A program made the position numbers and the translations under genes. 64,000 bases of DNA from an uncultured Acidobacteriota bacterium (GTDB lineage Bacteria; Acidobacteriota; UBA6911): assembly GCA_963827655.1 (NCBI GenBank), contig CAWHCF010000053.1, forward strand, positions 38,363 through 102,362. The letters are read 5' to 3'. The notes below the pieces were generated by a model. It made no database searches and had not been told where the DNA came from. It saw only the letters and a list, made by a program, of their open reading frames with translations. Positions 48,245 through 56,830 of the stretch are shown piece after piece. Each line of letters begins with the position of its first letter. Position 1 is the first letter of the stretch.

Positions 48245-49594
48245 TCAAGCAATTTTTTTTAGTTTGGGGTCCACTTTTTTCCACAGTGCACGGTTGTCCT
48301 TGTGCTGACGAACAAAAGTTTTCCACAGGCCCGCGTGATGGATTCGGATCTGTTCAATCATTCGATTTACATCGTACATCTGGTTTCGGGCGACCAGTGC
48401 CCAGATGACATGGGCCATTCTGTTCATCTCAGCGCAGACGGCCTGCTGGGGACACAGGCCGCGCTGGATCATTCGCCACTTATGAAACGCAAAGGCGGGG
48501 TCAAAGTTGCAGGCGGTCTGCGTAACCAGATACAGCATAGCTCGTTGCTTGTGGTCGCCCCGGGCGGTCAGATGTGTTTTGTTAAGCGAAGTTCCCGTTT
48601 GGGTCCGCTCAGGACAACTGGCCCATTGAGCCGACAAAGCCTTGCCCGAAACGAACCGGGCGAGTCCCCGTGTGCCCAGCACCAGAGTGGCGGCAGAGAC
48701 TATGGCGATGCCGGGGATACTGTCGAGCAGCTCGACCTGGCGCGCCGCAGACACGCCTTCTTCGGGTGTTTCGGTCTCGGCTTTCGCCTGTTGTACATAG
48801 GCAACCAGGGTCCGCTCTATATAGGCCAACCTCTTCTCCAGCAACTCGAGCTGAGCGAGCAGAAAAACCATGGCCTCGGCGTCATCGTCCTCGCCGGCGC
48901 TGGCTATCGACTGCTTAGCCAAGAGGATCAGTTGTTGAGCCCGTTCTACTCCGAGAGACCGACCCCGCCGCTCAGACTTCACTCGAGCCAAAGACAGGGC
49001 CTGGCGACGGGCCGCACGTCGTGCGGTGGGAATCTCACTCAACACCGCCCGAGCGAGCTTTGCGAACGGGTCGGCGAAAACCTGGGTGAACTCTGGAAAG
49101 CACACCAGCACTTGCTCGTGAATCCGGTTTTTGGTTGCCGCCAGATCCTGGACCAAACGCTGACGTTCACTAATCACACGAGTCATCGCCTGGGCTTTGG
49201 GATCGTAATCGAAGGCCTCCAGCCGACGTTCGTATACCCGGGTAAACTCCGCCACATGATCGGAGTCGGACCCATCGGTTTGATCGCGGCGCGGGTTGGG
49301 ACCTCCAAAGCGCGCGCTCTGGCCCGGATTGACCCGAATCAGCCTGATATTGCGATCCTGACAGGTCAACTTCCATTCTCCAAGCCAGGCGATCAGGTTG
49401 TCGTCTATCCGTCCGCTGGCCTCGATTCCGATCGTGAGATCCCCCTCTGGCAAGACAGACTTCAGACTCTCGAATCCCTCGCGCGACATGTCAAACTGCC
49501 GTGCTTTCCAAACCCTTTCTCCGGTCGAATGCACCAGAGTTGCTGCAAAAAAAGACTTGCCTGGGTCAATGCCCAGCACGAAACTAGCTGTCAT
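48245..49594 (-). CDS. IS110 DEDD recombinase/transposase, 449 aa
   Basis: LGIDPGK, IGIEASG, TDGSD (DEDD), LLDSIPGI, CPERTQTG, RGD. RBS aaggag. Confidence 0.95.
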   Translation of the reverse strand: MTASFVLGIDPGKSFFAATLVHSTGERVWKARQFDMSREGFESLKSVLPEGDLTIGIEASGRIDDNLIAWLGEWKLTCQDRNIRLIRVNPGQSARFGGPNPRRDQTDGSDSDHVAEFTRVYERRLEAFDYDPKAQAMTRVISERQRLVQDLAATKNRIHEQVLVCFPEFTQVFADPFAKLARAVLSEIPTARRAARRQALSLARVKSERRGRSLGVERAQQLILLAKQSIASAGEDDDAEAMVFLLAQLELLEKRLAYIERTLVAYVQQAKAETETPEEGVSAARQVELLDSIPGIAIVSAATLVLGTRGLARFVSGKALSAQWASCPERTQTGTSLNKTHLTARGDHKQRAMLYLVTQTACNFDPAFAFHKWRMIQRGLCPQQAVCAEMNRMAHVIWALVARNQMYDVNRMIEQIRIHHAGLWKTFVRQHKDNRALWKKVDPKLKKIA

Positions 49595-49621
49595 GGGAGC
49601 CCTCCTTGGGTTATCCCGCAT

Positions 49622-49877
49622 CCGGGTCTCTCACCCTTGCGGCGATCCGCCTTAGTCAAGCGCGGTCCTGTACGAGATGAACCCGGTCTACGGGCGGAAG
49701 AGCGACCTTCAGGACGAGCTCGAGGCTCACGGGGCGCACGCTTTCTTCCGCCCGTATTCTTTTGCGGACTTAAAATGATCCCACGGATTTCCACATTTCC
49801 ACAGCAATTCACAAAGAGAAAGAAGCAAAGAGAAAGCTACTACTACTACTATTGATATTCTTACTTAATTGGGTGCC
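49622..49877 (-). ncRNA. Predicted bridge RNA (target-binding loop 49689-49756, donor-binding loop 49622-49686)
   Basis: Two stem/internal-loop/stem structures whose loops match the target and donor junction sequences. The 5' end is inferred from the junction promoter. Confidence 0.85.
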
Positions 49878-49883
49878 ACAATG

Positions 49884-49889
49884 ATCATA
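49884..49889 (-). promoter_or_regulatory. -10 box (TATGAT) of a split promoter; -35 box TTGACT at 48243-48248
   Basis: The circle junction reads TTGACT-cacaacacaggaccttg(17 nt)-TATGAT. Confidence 0.85.
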
Positions 49890-50164
49890 CAAGGGGCGCC
49901 GGAGCAATGAGGGGCCGTGTCCAGCGCCCCTCCGGGGCGCGTCTCTTCGCCTGTCTGTGACCGGGGGCAGCGCTCCGCTTGCCCCCGGCTAATTTCCTTC
50001 GCCCTTTCAGGGCGCGAGCTGGCGTAACCATTCGTTCTGGACCAATACAAGATGCGTGTAAGGTTCAGAGCCAACCTACGATCCCCCAATGGCCGTTGTG
50101 GGATTCAAAACTCGAGAAAGTCCGGCACAATGACTCTCACGGTGTCACCTGCCTACCCGGCCAA

Positions 50165-51652
50165 CTACCGGACCCTCTTGGCCCGCATGGTCCGCCCACC
50201 TTGCTCGATAATCAAGGCGGCCACTCCCCTGTCCTCACCCAGTTCGAAGCGGTGCCCGATACCATTGTTGGAGAAGTATTTTATTTCCGACTCGGGCAAC
50301 AGCTCAAACCTGGATTGCCCTTGTCCTTGCGCCCAGAGCCGTCCCTCTTCCGTCGTCAGCGTGATCTTGAAGCCGTCATCCAGTTCGTAAAGACCCGCGT
50401 ACTTCTGGTAGACGGCGGGGTCAACTTTGGCCAGGACGCGCTCCGGTTCCAGGTAGTCCGGCCAGTTGTATTCACGCGCGATCGAGCGAATCAGTTCATG
50501 CGCCAGCGGCATCGCGCGGTTCGCGTTCAGCATCACCACGGCGCCACGCCCCCCCTGGCAGTACGCCGTGAAGAAGGCCTCGAAACCTTCGTCCACGCCG
50601 CCGTGGCTGAAGCGCGCCGACTCCTTGTCCGCGTTATCCAGCGCCGGGCCGAGCCCGTGACTTCCCTTTTGCACGGTCACCATCTGCCGGGCCATCTCGC
50701 GCGATAGAATTTTCGACTGGCCAGCCAGCGCGCGCTGCACCTCGATGGCGTAGCGCGCGAGGTCCGAGGGCGTCGTCCACAGCCCGGCGGCGGCCATCTC
50801 GGGATAGATGTGCCAGCGGCCTTTGACCTTGTCGCCGTTCCGGCCATGCGCGGTGGCGGCCGAGGCTTCGAGCGACTTCGGCAAGGGGTTTTCGTAAGTG
50901 CTCTGCCGCATGCCGGCAGGCTCGAAGACAAGCTCGCGCGTCAGTTCGGGGAACGACTTTCCCGTCACGTCCATGCACAACTGTTGCATCACGGTGTAGC
51001 CGCCGCCCGAGTACCGCCATCGGCTGCCCGGCGCGACGTCAACCCGTATCGCCGCGGTGTTGGCCGGCTTCTCGCCGTTCAAAACCTGAACCAGCGTCGG
51101 CATCGGCGCGTCCACCGCGTAGCCGGGGAACCCGTGCACAGTCAGCCCTGCGCTATGGCTGAGCAGCCCGCGCAGCGTGACCTTCTTCTCCTTGGTGAAC
51201 TCATTCTCCGGTACCTTCCAGGTCTTCAACTTCCGGTTCACGTCCTCATCGAGGTCGAGCTTGCCCTGCTCGACCAGGCGGAGCGCCGCCAGCGCGGCCA
51301 CGGGCTTGCTGATCGAGCCGGCCAGGAAGAGCGTGTCGGAGGTGACTGGCTTGCCGCCGTCTTTTTCGACGACTCCGTAACCGCGCGCCCATTCGATCTT
51401 GCCGTCGTTGATAACGGCGACGCTCAGGCCGGGAACTTTGTAATGAGCTATGCGATCGGTGAGCTTCATCGCCGTGGTCTGGCCCTTGATCATGACGGCG
51501 GGCAGCAGCCCGTTCTCAACGCGTTGAATCCGCTCGGCGACGCCGGCCTGGTCCTGCGCCGCGACGGGCGCCGCATCCGACGACGCGCGACAAGCGTCGA
51601 GACTGAGCGCGGCCAGCGTGAGCAACCAAACGAGTCTGAGTTTCATGGTCAT
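50165..51652 (-). CDS. Serine hydrolase, beta-lactamase/AmpC-like, with C-terminal DUF3471-like domain
   Basis: GSISK (SxxK), LLSHSAG, RYSGGG, FSHGG. Lipoprotein-like signal. Confidence 0.9.
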   Translation of the reverse strand: MTMKLRLVWLLTLAALSLDACRASSDAAPVAAQDQAGVAERIQRVENGLLPAVMIKGQTTAMKLTDRIAHYKVPGLSVAVINDGKIEWARGYGVVEKDGGKPVTSDTLFLAGSISKPVAALAALRLVEQGKLDLDEDVNRKLKTWKVPENEFTKEKKVTLRGLLSHSAGLTVHGFPGYAVDAPMPTLVQVLNGEKPANTAAIRVDVAPGSRWRYSGGGYTVMQQLCMDVTGKSFPELTRELVFEPAGMRQSTYENPLPKSLEASAATAHGRNGDKVKGRWHIYPEMAAAGLWTTPSDLARYAIEVQRALAGQSKILSREMARQMVTVQKGSHGLGPALDNADKESARFSHGGVDEGFEAFFTAYCQGGRGAVVMLNANRAMPLAHELIRSIAREYNWPDYLEPERVLAKVDPAVYQKYAGLYELDDGFKITLTTEEGRLWAQGQGQSRFELLPESEIKYFSNNGIGHRFELGEDRGVAALIIEQGGRTMRAKRVR

Positions 51653-52086
51653 GCCTCGTGTGCACAAAAAATCATGGCCCAATGTAGCTTCGTGGTTACC
51701 ACAAATCCAATCGTCCGTCGTACTGAACCTGGCGGAACTACGCGTGTGCTCCTTAACTTGCCTTTATCGAAGCAACAATCACCCCAGCGACGAGCATTGC
51801 CAGTCCAAGCCGGGACAACCGATCATAGTAGTCAGAGGAGCGATCCTCGAATAGCGACCCTGGTCCCGACTATCCTTAACAAATCCGACATATGATACCC
51901 CCCTTTCATGATTTCCGTGTTAACTCGGAAAACCGGAATCTCCTGGGATTCACCCGGGTGCTTTCCTTCAGTTGTGGGGCTATGGTCCCCCTTGGTCACA
52001 CTGTGGAGCTATGGGCTTGAGAATTTCGGCGACAGTCATCGATGAAGTGGTAAGGAGTATTTCGAAGCTTCGAGGTTGCCCGACAG

Positions 52087-52169
52087 GCGTTGAGACTGAG
52101 CGCGACCAAAGTGAGCAACCAGATAAGTCTGAGGTCATAGCCATGCCTCGTGTGCACAACAAATTATGG
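52087..52169 (-). repeat. Diverged direct duplicate of 51594-51677 (5' end of the serine hydrolase gene)
   Basis: gagactgagcgcg..gtgagcaacca..agtctgag..catgcctcgtgtgcacaa is shared by both copies. Confidence 0.8.
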
Positions 52170-52351
52170 GTCGAGGTTGTCAGAACAATCCGGGGAGCGT
52201 TGAGGTGCCAGGGTCACGCCGCCAATCGAACCTCTTGAACACGACGATGGTACGATGGCATCGTTCAGGTGTTCTGAAACAGGAATTCCGAAGCACTACG
52301 CCGTGCCGCCGGCGGATAAACCGTCTGACAACTTGGAGGAAATGCGCAATC

Positions 52352-53767
52352 ATGTCCAGAACGACTAAGGCCTGCTCTCGGCGAAAATTTCTCGCCGCCG
52401 GACTCATTGCGGCGGCGGGCTCACTCGCTCGCAGTCCGGCGCGGCCCCAGGGAGGGGCGTCGCGCGCGTTACGCGACCGGATCCGGCGTGAGCTCGCGCG
52501 CGGTCCGATTTTCAACACGCACGAACACCTGGTGCCGGAGGCCAGGCGTCTCGCCGATCCGCTCGATATCTTCACCCTGATCTCGCACTATGCCATCAGC
52601 GACGCGATCTCGGCCGGTCTCGACCCCAAGACCGCCGCCGGCCTGACGCGGTACGAGACGCCACTCGCGGAACGCTGGAGGACATTCGAGCCCTACTGGA
52701 AGCGCGCGCGCAACACCGGTTACTGCCGGGTGGTCGAGATCGTGGCGCGCGAGCTCTGCGGCGTCGATGAACTGAACGCCGCGAGCGTCGAGACCGTGTC
52801 CGAGCGGTTGCGGGCGGGAAACACGCCCGGAATCTATAAGCGCATGCTCGAGGAGCGGATGAAGGTCGACTGGTCGGTGCTCGACGATTACTGGAATGCA
52901 AGTCCGGTTGAGCCCGATTACCCGCGTTTCGTAACGGCGCGCCACTTCGATCGCTACGCCCTGGTACGCTCGCGCGCCGACGTCGAGAAGATCGGCGCGG
53001 AGCTGGGACGCACGATCGGGAGCTTCGCCGAGTATGTGACCGCCCTGGAGGAGGATTTCGCGCGTAACGTGGCGCGCGCCCGGATGGCGTGCGTCAAGTC
53101 GACGCTTGCCTACAGTCGGATTCTGCACTTTGCGCGCGTCGATCGGGCCGACGCCCAGAGAGCCTTCGACGGCCTGGCGACGGGCCCCCCGTCCAGCCCC
53201 ACAGGCTCGGCGCGTCTGATGGAGCCGCCTGCGAGGCCGCTGGGCGACTTCATGGTCCATCGAGTCCTTCAGCTCGCGCGCGAGCACGGCCGCCCGGTCC
53301 AGTTTCACACGGGAATCCACGCCGGCAACGGCAACTATCTCACCAACAGCAACCCGACCCACCTGATCAACGTCTGTCTGGACTACCCCGACGTCCGGTT
53401 CGACCTGTTTCACTCCGGGTATCCTTGGGTTACCGAGCTGGGCGCGATGGCCAAGACGCTGCGCAACGTCTCGATCGACCTCACCTGGATGCACATAATC
53501 TCGCCCGCGACCGCCCAGCGCGCACTGGCCGAGTACCTCGATACGGTGCCGCTCTCGAAGATCTTCGGATTCGGCGGCGACTACCGCTACGTAGAGAACT
53601 CGTACGGGCATTTGCAGATCGCCCTGGAAAATACGGCCGCGACGCTCGCGGCCAAGGTCGAAGCCGGCGTCTTCGGCGAGGGACGGGCCCTGGAGATCGG
53701 CCGCCGGATCCTGCATGAAAACCCGCTGGAGTTCTTCGCTCCCGAGGCGGTCCGGAAAGTGGCGTGA
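52352..53767 (+). CDS. Tat-exported amidohydrolase family protein
   Basis: SRRKFL, NTHEH, QFHTG, LFHSGYP, FGFGGD. Confidence 0.88.
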   Translation: MSRTTKACSRRKFLAAGLIAAAGSLARSPARPQGGASRALRDRIRRELARGPIFNTHEHLVPEARRLADPLDIFTLISHYAISDAISAGLDPKTAAGLTRYETPLAERWRTFEPYWKRARNTGYCRVVEIVARELCGVDELNAASVETVSERLRAGNTPGIYKRMLEERMKVDWSVLDDYWNASPVEPDYPRFVTARHFDRYALVRSRADVEKIGAELGRTIGSFAEYVTALEEDFARNVARARMACVKSTLAYSRILHFARVDRADAQRAFDGLATGPPSSPTGSARLMEPPARPLGDFMVHRVLQLAREHGRPVQFHTGIHAGNGNYLTNSNPTHLINVCLDYPDVRFDLFHSGYPWVTELGAMAKTLRNVSIDLTWMHIISPATAQRALAEYLDTVPLSKIFGFGGDYRYVENSYGHLQIALENTAATLAAKVEAGVFGEGRALEIGRRILHENPLEFFAPEAVRKVA

Positions 53768-53772
53768 GTGTT

Positions 53773-53810
53773 CTAACCACAAAGACACGAAGTCACGAAG
53801 AAACACCAAG
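53773..53810. repeat. ACCACGAAGACACGAAG-type repeat copy
   Basis: ctaaccacaaagacacgaagtcacgaagaaacaccaag is nearly identical to 26405-26442. Confidence 0.85.
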
Positions 53811-53897
53811 AATCCCCCCGCCTCCAGACCAACGGCGCTTGACAGCATCCTGCCCAAGGCGTTAGTAATAGCACTACCGTATTGACAGGGGGACTCC

Positions 53898-55205
53898 ATG
53901 ACCTCGATCAACCGCAGAACCTTTCTCCTTTCGACTGCCGGTGTCGCCGCCTCCCGGTTGCGCATCGCGTCAGCGAATGACCGCGTTTCCGTCGCCGTCA
54001 TCGGCGTGCGGGGACGTGGGCGCGAGCACATCGAGCTGTTCGCGAAAAATCCGGGGAGCTGTGTCGCTGCACTGTGCGACATCGACAGGGCAGAAACCGA
54101 GAAGGCTGTCGCGGCAGTCGAGAAGGTTCAGGGGATGAAGCCGACGGTTTACCAGGACCTGCGCAAGCTCCTCGAAGACAAAGAAATCGACGCGGTTACT
54201 ATTGCCACCTGCAATCACTGGCACGCGCTCGCCACCGTCTGGGCCTGTCAGGCCGGCAAGGACGTCTATGTCGAGAAGCCTGCGAGCCACAACGTCTGGG
54301 AAGGGCGTAAGATGGTCGAAGCGGCGCGCAAGTACGGGCGGATCGTCCAGACCGGAATGCAGAGCCGCTCGATCGCACACAAGCGGCGGGCCATCGAGTT
54401 GCTCCGGGAGGGCGCCATCGGCCACGTCTACATGGCCAAAGGACTCTGTTTCAAGCGTCGCCGCTCGATCGGCCGGGGCGCTGATGGACCGGTGCCGGAC
54501 GGCGTCGACTACGATCTCTGGCGCGGGCCCGCGGCGATGCGCCCCTTCAACTCGAATCGATTCCACTACAACTGGCACTGGTTCTGGGACACGGGAAACG
54601 GCGATATCGGCAACCAGGGGGTCCACGAAATGGACGTCGCGCGCTGGGGGCTCGGAAAGTCGACGCTCCCGCGGCGCGTCTACTCGAGCGGCGGGAAGTT
54701 CGGCTACGACGACGATCAGGAGACACCGAATACCCAGCTGGCGACGTTCGACTACGGAGACTGCCAGCTCGTTTTCGAGGTCCGCGGCCTGCTCACCGGA
54801 GGCGAGAGCTCGATCGCCTTCGACGGCACTAATTTCATCGGTAATCTCTTTTTCGGCACTGAAGGAACGATGTCGGTCGACCTGCGCGGGTTCCAGATCT
54901 ACCGCGGGGAAAAACGGGAATTGGCCGAGCAGATGGACCACGCCGAGCCGCGCGCGTGGGACACCGCACCGCTGGTCGCAAACTTCCTGGCTGCGGTGCG
55001 GAGCCGACGGCAAACCGATCTCACGTCCGACATCGAAGAAGGGCATCTCTCGGCCGCCCTGTGCCACATGGCCAACGCGAGCTACCGGACCGGCCGCGTC
55101 CTCGAGTTCGATCCGGAGACCGAGACGTTCGGAAGCGACCTCGAGGCCAACGGCTATCTTTCGCGCGAATACCGTGAGCCGTTCGTCGTGCCTTCTAAGG
55201 TCTAA
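53898..55205 (+). CDS. Tat-exported Gfo/Idh/MocA oxidoreductase
   Basis: NRRTFL, IGVRGRG, GKDVYVEKP, GNQGVHEMD. Confidence 0.93.
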   Translation: MTSINRRTFLLSTAGVAASRLRIASANDRVSVAVIGVRGRGREHIELFAKNPGSCVAALCDIDRAETEKAVAAVEKVQGMKPTVYQDLRKLLEDKEIDAVTIATCNHWHALATVWACQAGKDVYVEKPASHNVWEGRKMVEAARKYGRIVQTGMQSRSIAHKRRAIELLREGAIGHVYMAKGLCFKRRRSIGRGADGPVPDGVDYDLWRGPAAMRPFNSNRFHYNWHWFWDTGNGDIGNQGVHEMDVARWGLGKSTLPRRVYSSGGKFGYDDDQETPNTQLATFDYGDCQLVFEVRGLLTGGESSIAFDGTNFIGNLFFGTEGTMSVDLRGFQIYRGEKRELAEQMDHAEPRAWDTAPLVANFLAAVRSRRQTDLTSDIEEGHLSAALCHMANASYRTGRVLEFDPETETFGSDLEANGYLSREYREPFVVPSKV

Positions 55206-55265
55206 CGGCCGCCCGCTGCGAAACAAATACCACCAGGACGCAAAGACACAAAACCTGACACCAAT

Positions 55266-55785
55266 ATGGCGCGTTTTCCGATAGAGAAGATCAGAGCCAG
55301 CAGCTGGGCTGTGCTGTTCACGGCGCTGCTGACCGCGCTGATTGTCCTGGGCTCTCGTCGTCTTGATCATTTCGATGCGGCCCTGGTCGGCTACACGTTC
55401 GCGACGCTCTTTGCCACCTTCGGGATCTCGTATCGATACGCGATGTGGCTTCAGCGGCCGCCCACTCGAATGTACTGGCGGCGCGGATGGCAGGTGTTCC
55501 TGACCCCACGCTTCCTGGTCCGCAACCTGGCGGAATTGTGCCGAAGACTTTTTCGAGAGTTCGCCGCGAACCAGTTCATCTTCCGCCGCGGCCAACTTCG
55601 TGGAGCAGCGCACTGGCTGATCATGTGGGGATGTGTCCTCGCAGGGCGCTGACGTTCCCGTTGGTCTGGGGGTGGATTCACTTTGAAACGGTTCCCGGGC
55701 GTCTCGACAGCTACCGCACCTATGTCTTCGGCTGGCCGGTTCAGGATTTCCAGGTGGAATCTGTATACGCCTTCGTGATCTTTCT
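55266..55785 (+). pseudogene. Truncated polytopic membrane protein (NarI-like family)
   Basis: [28 protein letters not shown], a frameshift, then [11 protein letters not shown]. It then runs into a repeat element. Confidence 0.65.
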
Positions 55786-55860
55786 TGGCGTCTTCGAGTC
55801 TTCGTGGTTAGTGCGGCGGAACAAAAACAACCGCTAAGACACGAAGACTCGAAGAGACGA
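55771..55860. repeat. Inverted pair of ACCACGAAGACACGAAG-type repeats
   Basis: cttggcgtcttcgagtcttcgtggtt ... aaccgctaagacacgaagactcgaagag. Confidence 0.8.
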
Positions 55861-55866
55861 CTGCGA

Positions 55867-56565
55867 TCAACGGACCGCCACTTTAAGTTCGAACCGAAGA
55901 TTAACGCCATTGAGTTGATTGAAGCCCAGCATGGTCTGAACGGCTTCACCTCGCGCCTCCGAAAATATGCCGGTCCCGCCTACGATTGCCCGCCGGATTG
56001 CGACGTTCACGTCCACAAGCTCGAAGCCGTCAGTGACGATAGTCTCGCGGCCCGGCTTGCTACCGAAATCATAGATCTGGTGCGTGATCACCCACGGTCC
56101 CGTCACGGTCTTGGCACCCTCACCCACGTGCCACCCACGGCAAACCCAGCGACCGATCACTTTCTTCGCAAACTGGGGACTGCCGTCAGGGTTGACTCCG
56201 TCTGTGCCCTGGAGCGTCCCGTAGGGATAGATGTAGCCTTCCGTAACGAACTCGTTGCCGTAAGCCGGCATACCGTCCGGGAACAAAGGCGTTTCGTCGA
56301 AAATGAATCGCTTCGCATTCTCCGTAACGTCGAATCGGATAACCTTGGTGTCGTCGCTGTCCCTTACGTCGCCCGGTTCGTACTGCGTGGAGGTCGGCTG
56401 TTCAGGCTGAGCCGCGGGCGCAAGAGCAGCATACACTCCCCTTCCTTCTATTTGCCGTTCGACTGCCACCGCCGCATAGGGAGTGAAAGCAGTTTCGACC
56501 AAAGAGCAACAGAACAGAGCAAGCAACGAAAAACAAGTACCCTTAGCCGTCGAGTGTATCTTCAT
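55867..56565 (-). CDS. Exported dirigent/allene-oxide-cyclase-like beta-barrel protein
   Basis: Signal peptide and C-terminal RAIVGGTGIFSEARGE motif. Confidence 0.65.
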   Translation of the reverse strand: MKIHSTAKGTCFSLLALFCCSLVETAFTPYAAVAVERQIEGRGVYAALAPAAQPEQPTSTQYEPGDVRDSDDTKVIRFDVTENAKRFIFDETPLFPDGMPAYGNEFVTEGYIYPYGTLQGTDGVNPDGSPQFAKKVIGRWVCRGWHVGEGAKTVTGPWVITHQIYDFGSKPGRETIVTDGFELVDVNVAIRRAIVGGTGIFSEARGEAVQTMLGFNQLNGVNLRFELKVAVR

Positions 56566-56657
56566 AAATTCCATCTCCTTTTTTATGGTTTTCCTCTCAT
56601 AGGGCCGAGCTTCCAATCCTCCACAAGTGCGGTCTGGCCCCCCCTTCGCCTTCTTTC

Positions 56658-56793
56658 ACAAGAATCCGAGGAGAAGGTCACAGGAAATTTTGGGGTTCGT
56701 GGCGAGAAGGGCCGAAACTGACCGGGACCGTCAGGACGCCTTTTCAACGCGTACCGAGGAAATTTGTGACAAGGAATTCAGCGGAAGATCACA
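56658..56793 (-). promoter_or_regulatory. Two copies of TGTGAYCTTC-N10-CTTGT (putative ECF promoters)
   Basis: 56682..56658 reads tgtgaccttc-tcctcggatt-cttgt. 56793..56769 reads tgtgatcttc-cgctgaattc-cttgt. Confidence 0.5.
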
Positions 56794-56830
56794 GAGAAAA
56801 TGATTTCAAAAAAAGCCCGGTGTCCTCATA

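Larger units (their letters stand above)
48231..49894 (-). mobile_element. Complete IS110 family insertion sequence
   Basis: AAGG at 48227-48230 and 49891-49894. Removing the element restores the palindrome gcgccctgaaggggcgc. No long terminal inverted repeats. Confidence 0.93.
48145..50015. repeat. REP/REPIN-like inverted-repeat element interrupted by IS110
   Basis: Left arm 48145-48230 and right arm 49924-50015 are imperfect reverse complements. They hold four GC-rich palindromes, one of them split by the IS. Confidence 0.85.

Noticed and set aside
50165-51652. Antibiotic-resistance beta-lactamase
   Set aside because: YSG and HGG replace the AmpC YxN and KTG motifs, so this is a generic serine hydrolase and resistance is not supported.
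51594-52169. DGR template/variable repeat pair
   Set aside because: The differences include indels and non-adenine changes and lie in a signal peptide region.
17068-55949. Long antisense ORFs (e.g. 17068..18807, 48302..49855, 52469..54082, 53970..55949)
   Set aside because: They are shadows of well-supported genes on the opposite strand in high-GC DNA and have no recognisable motifs.
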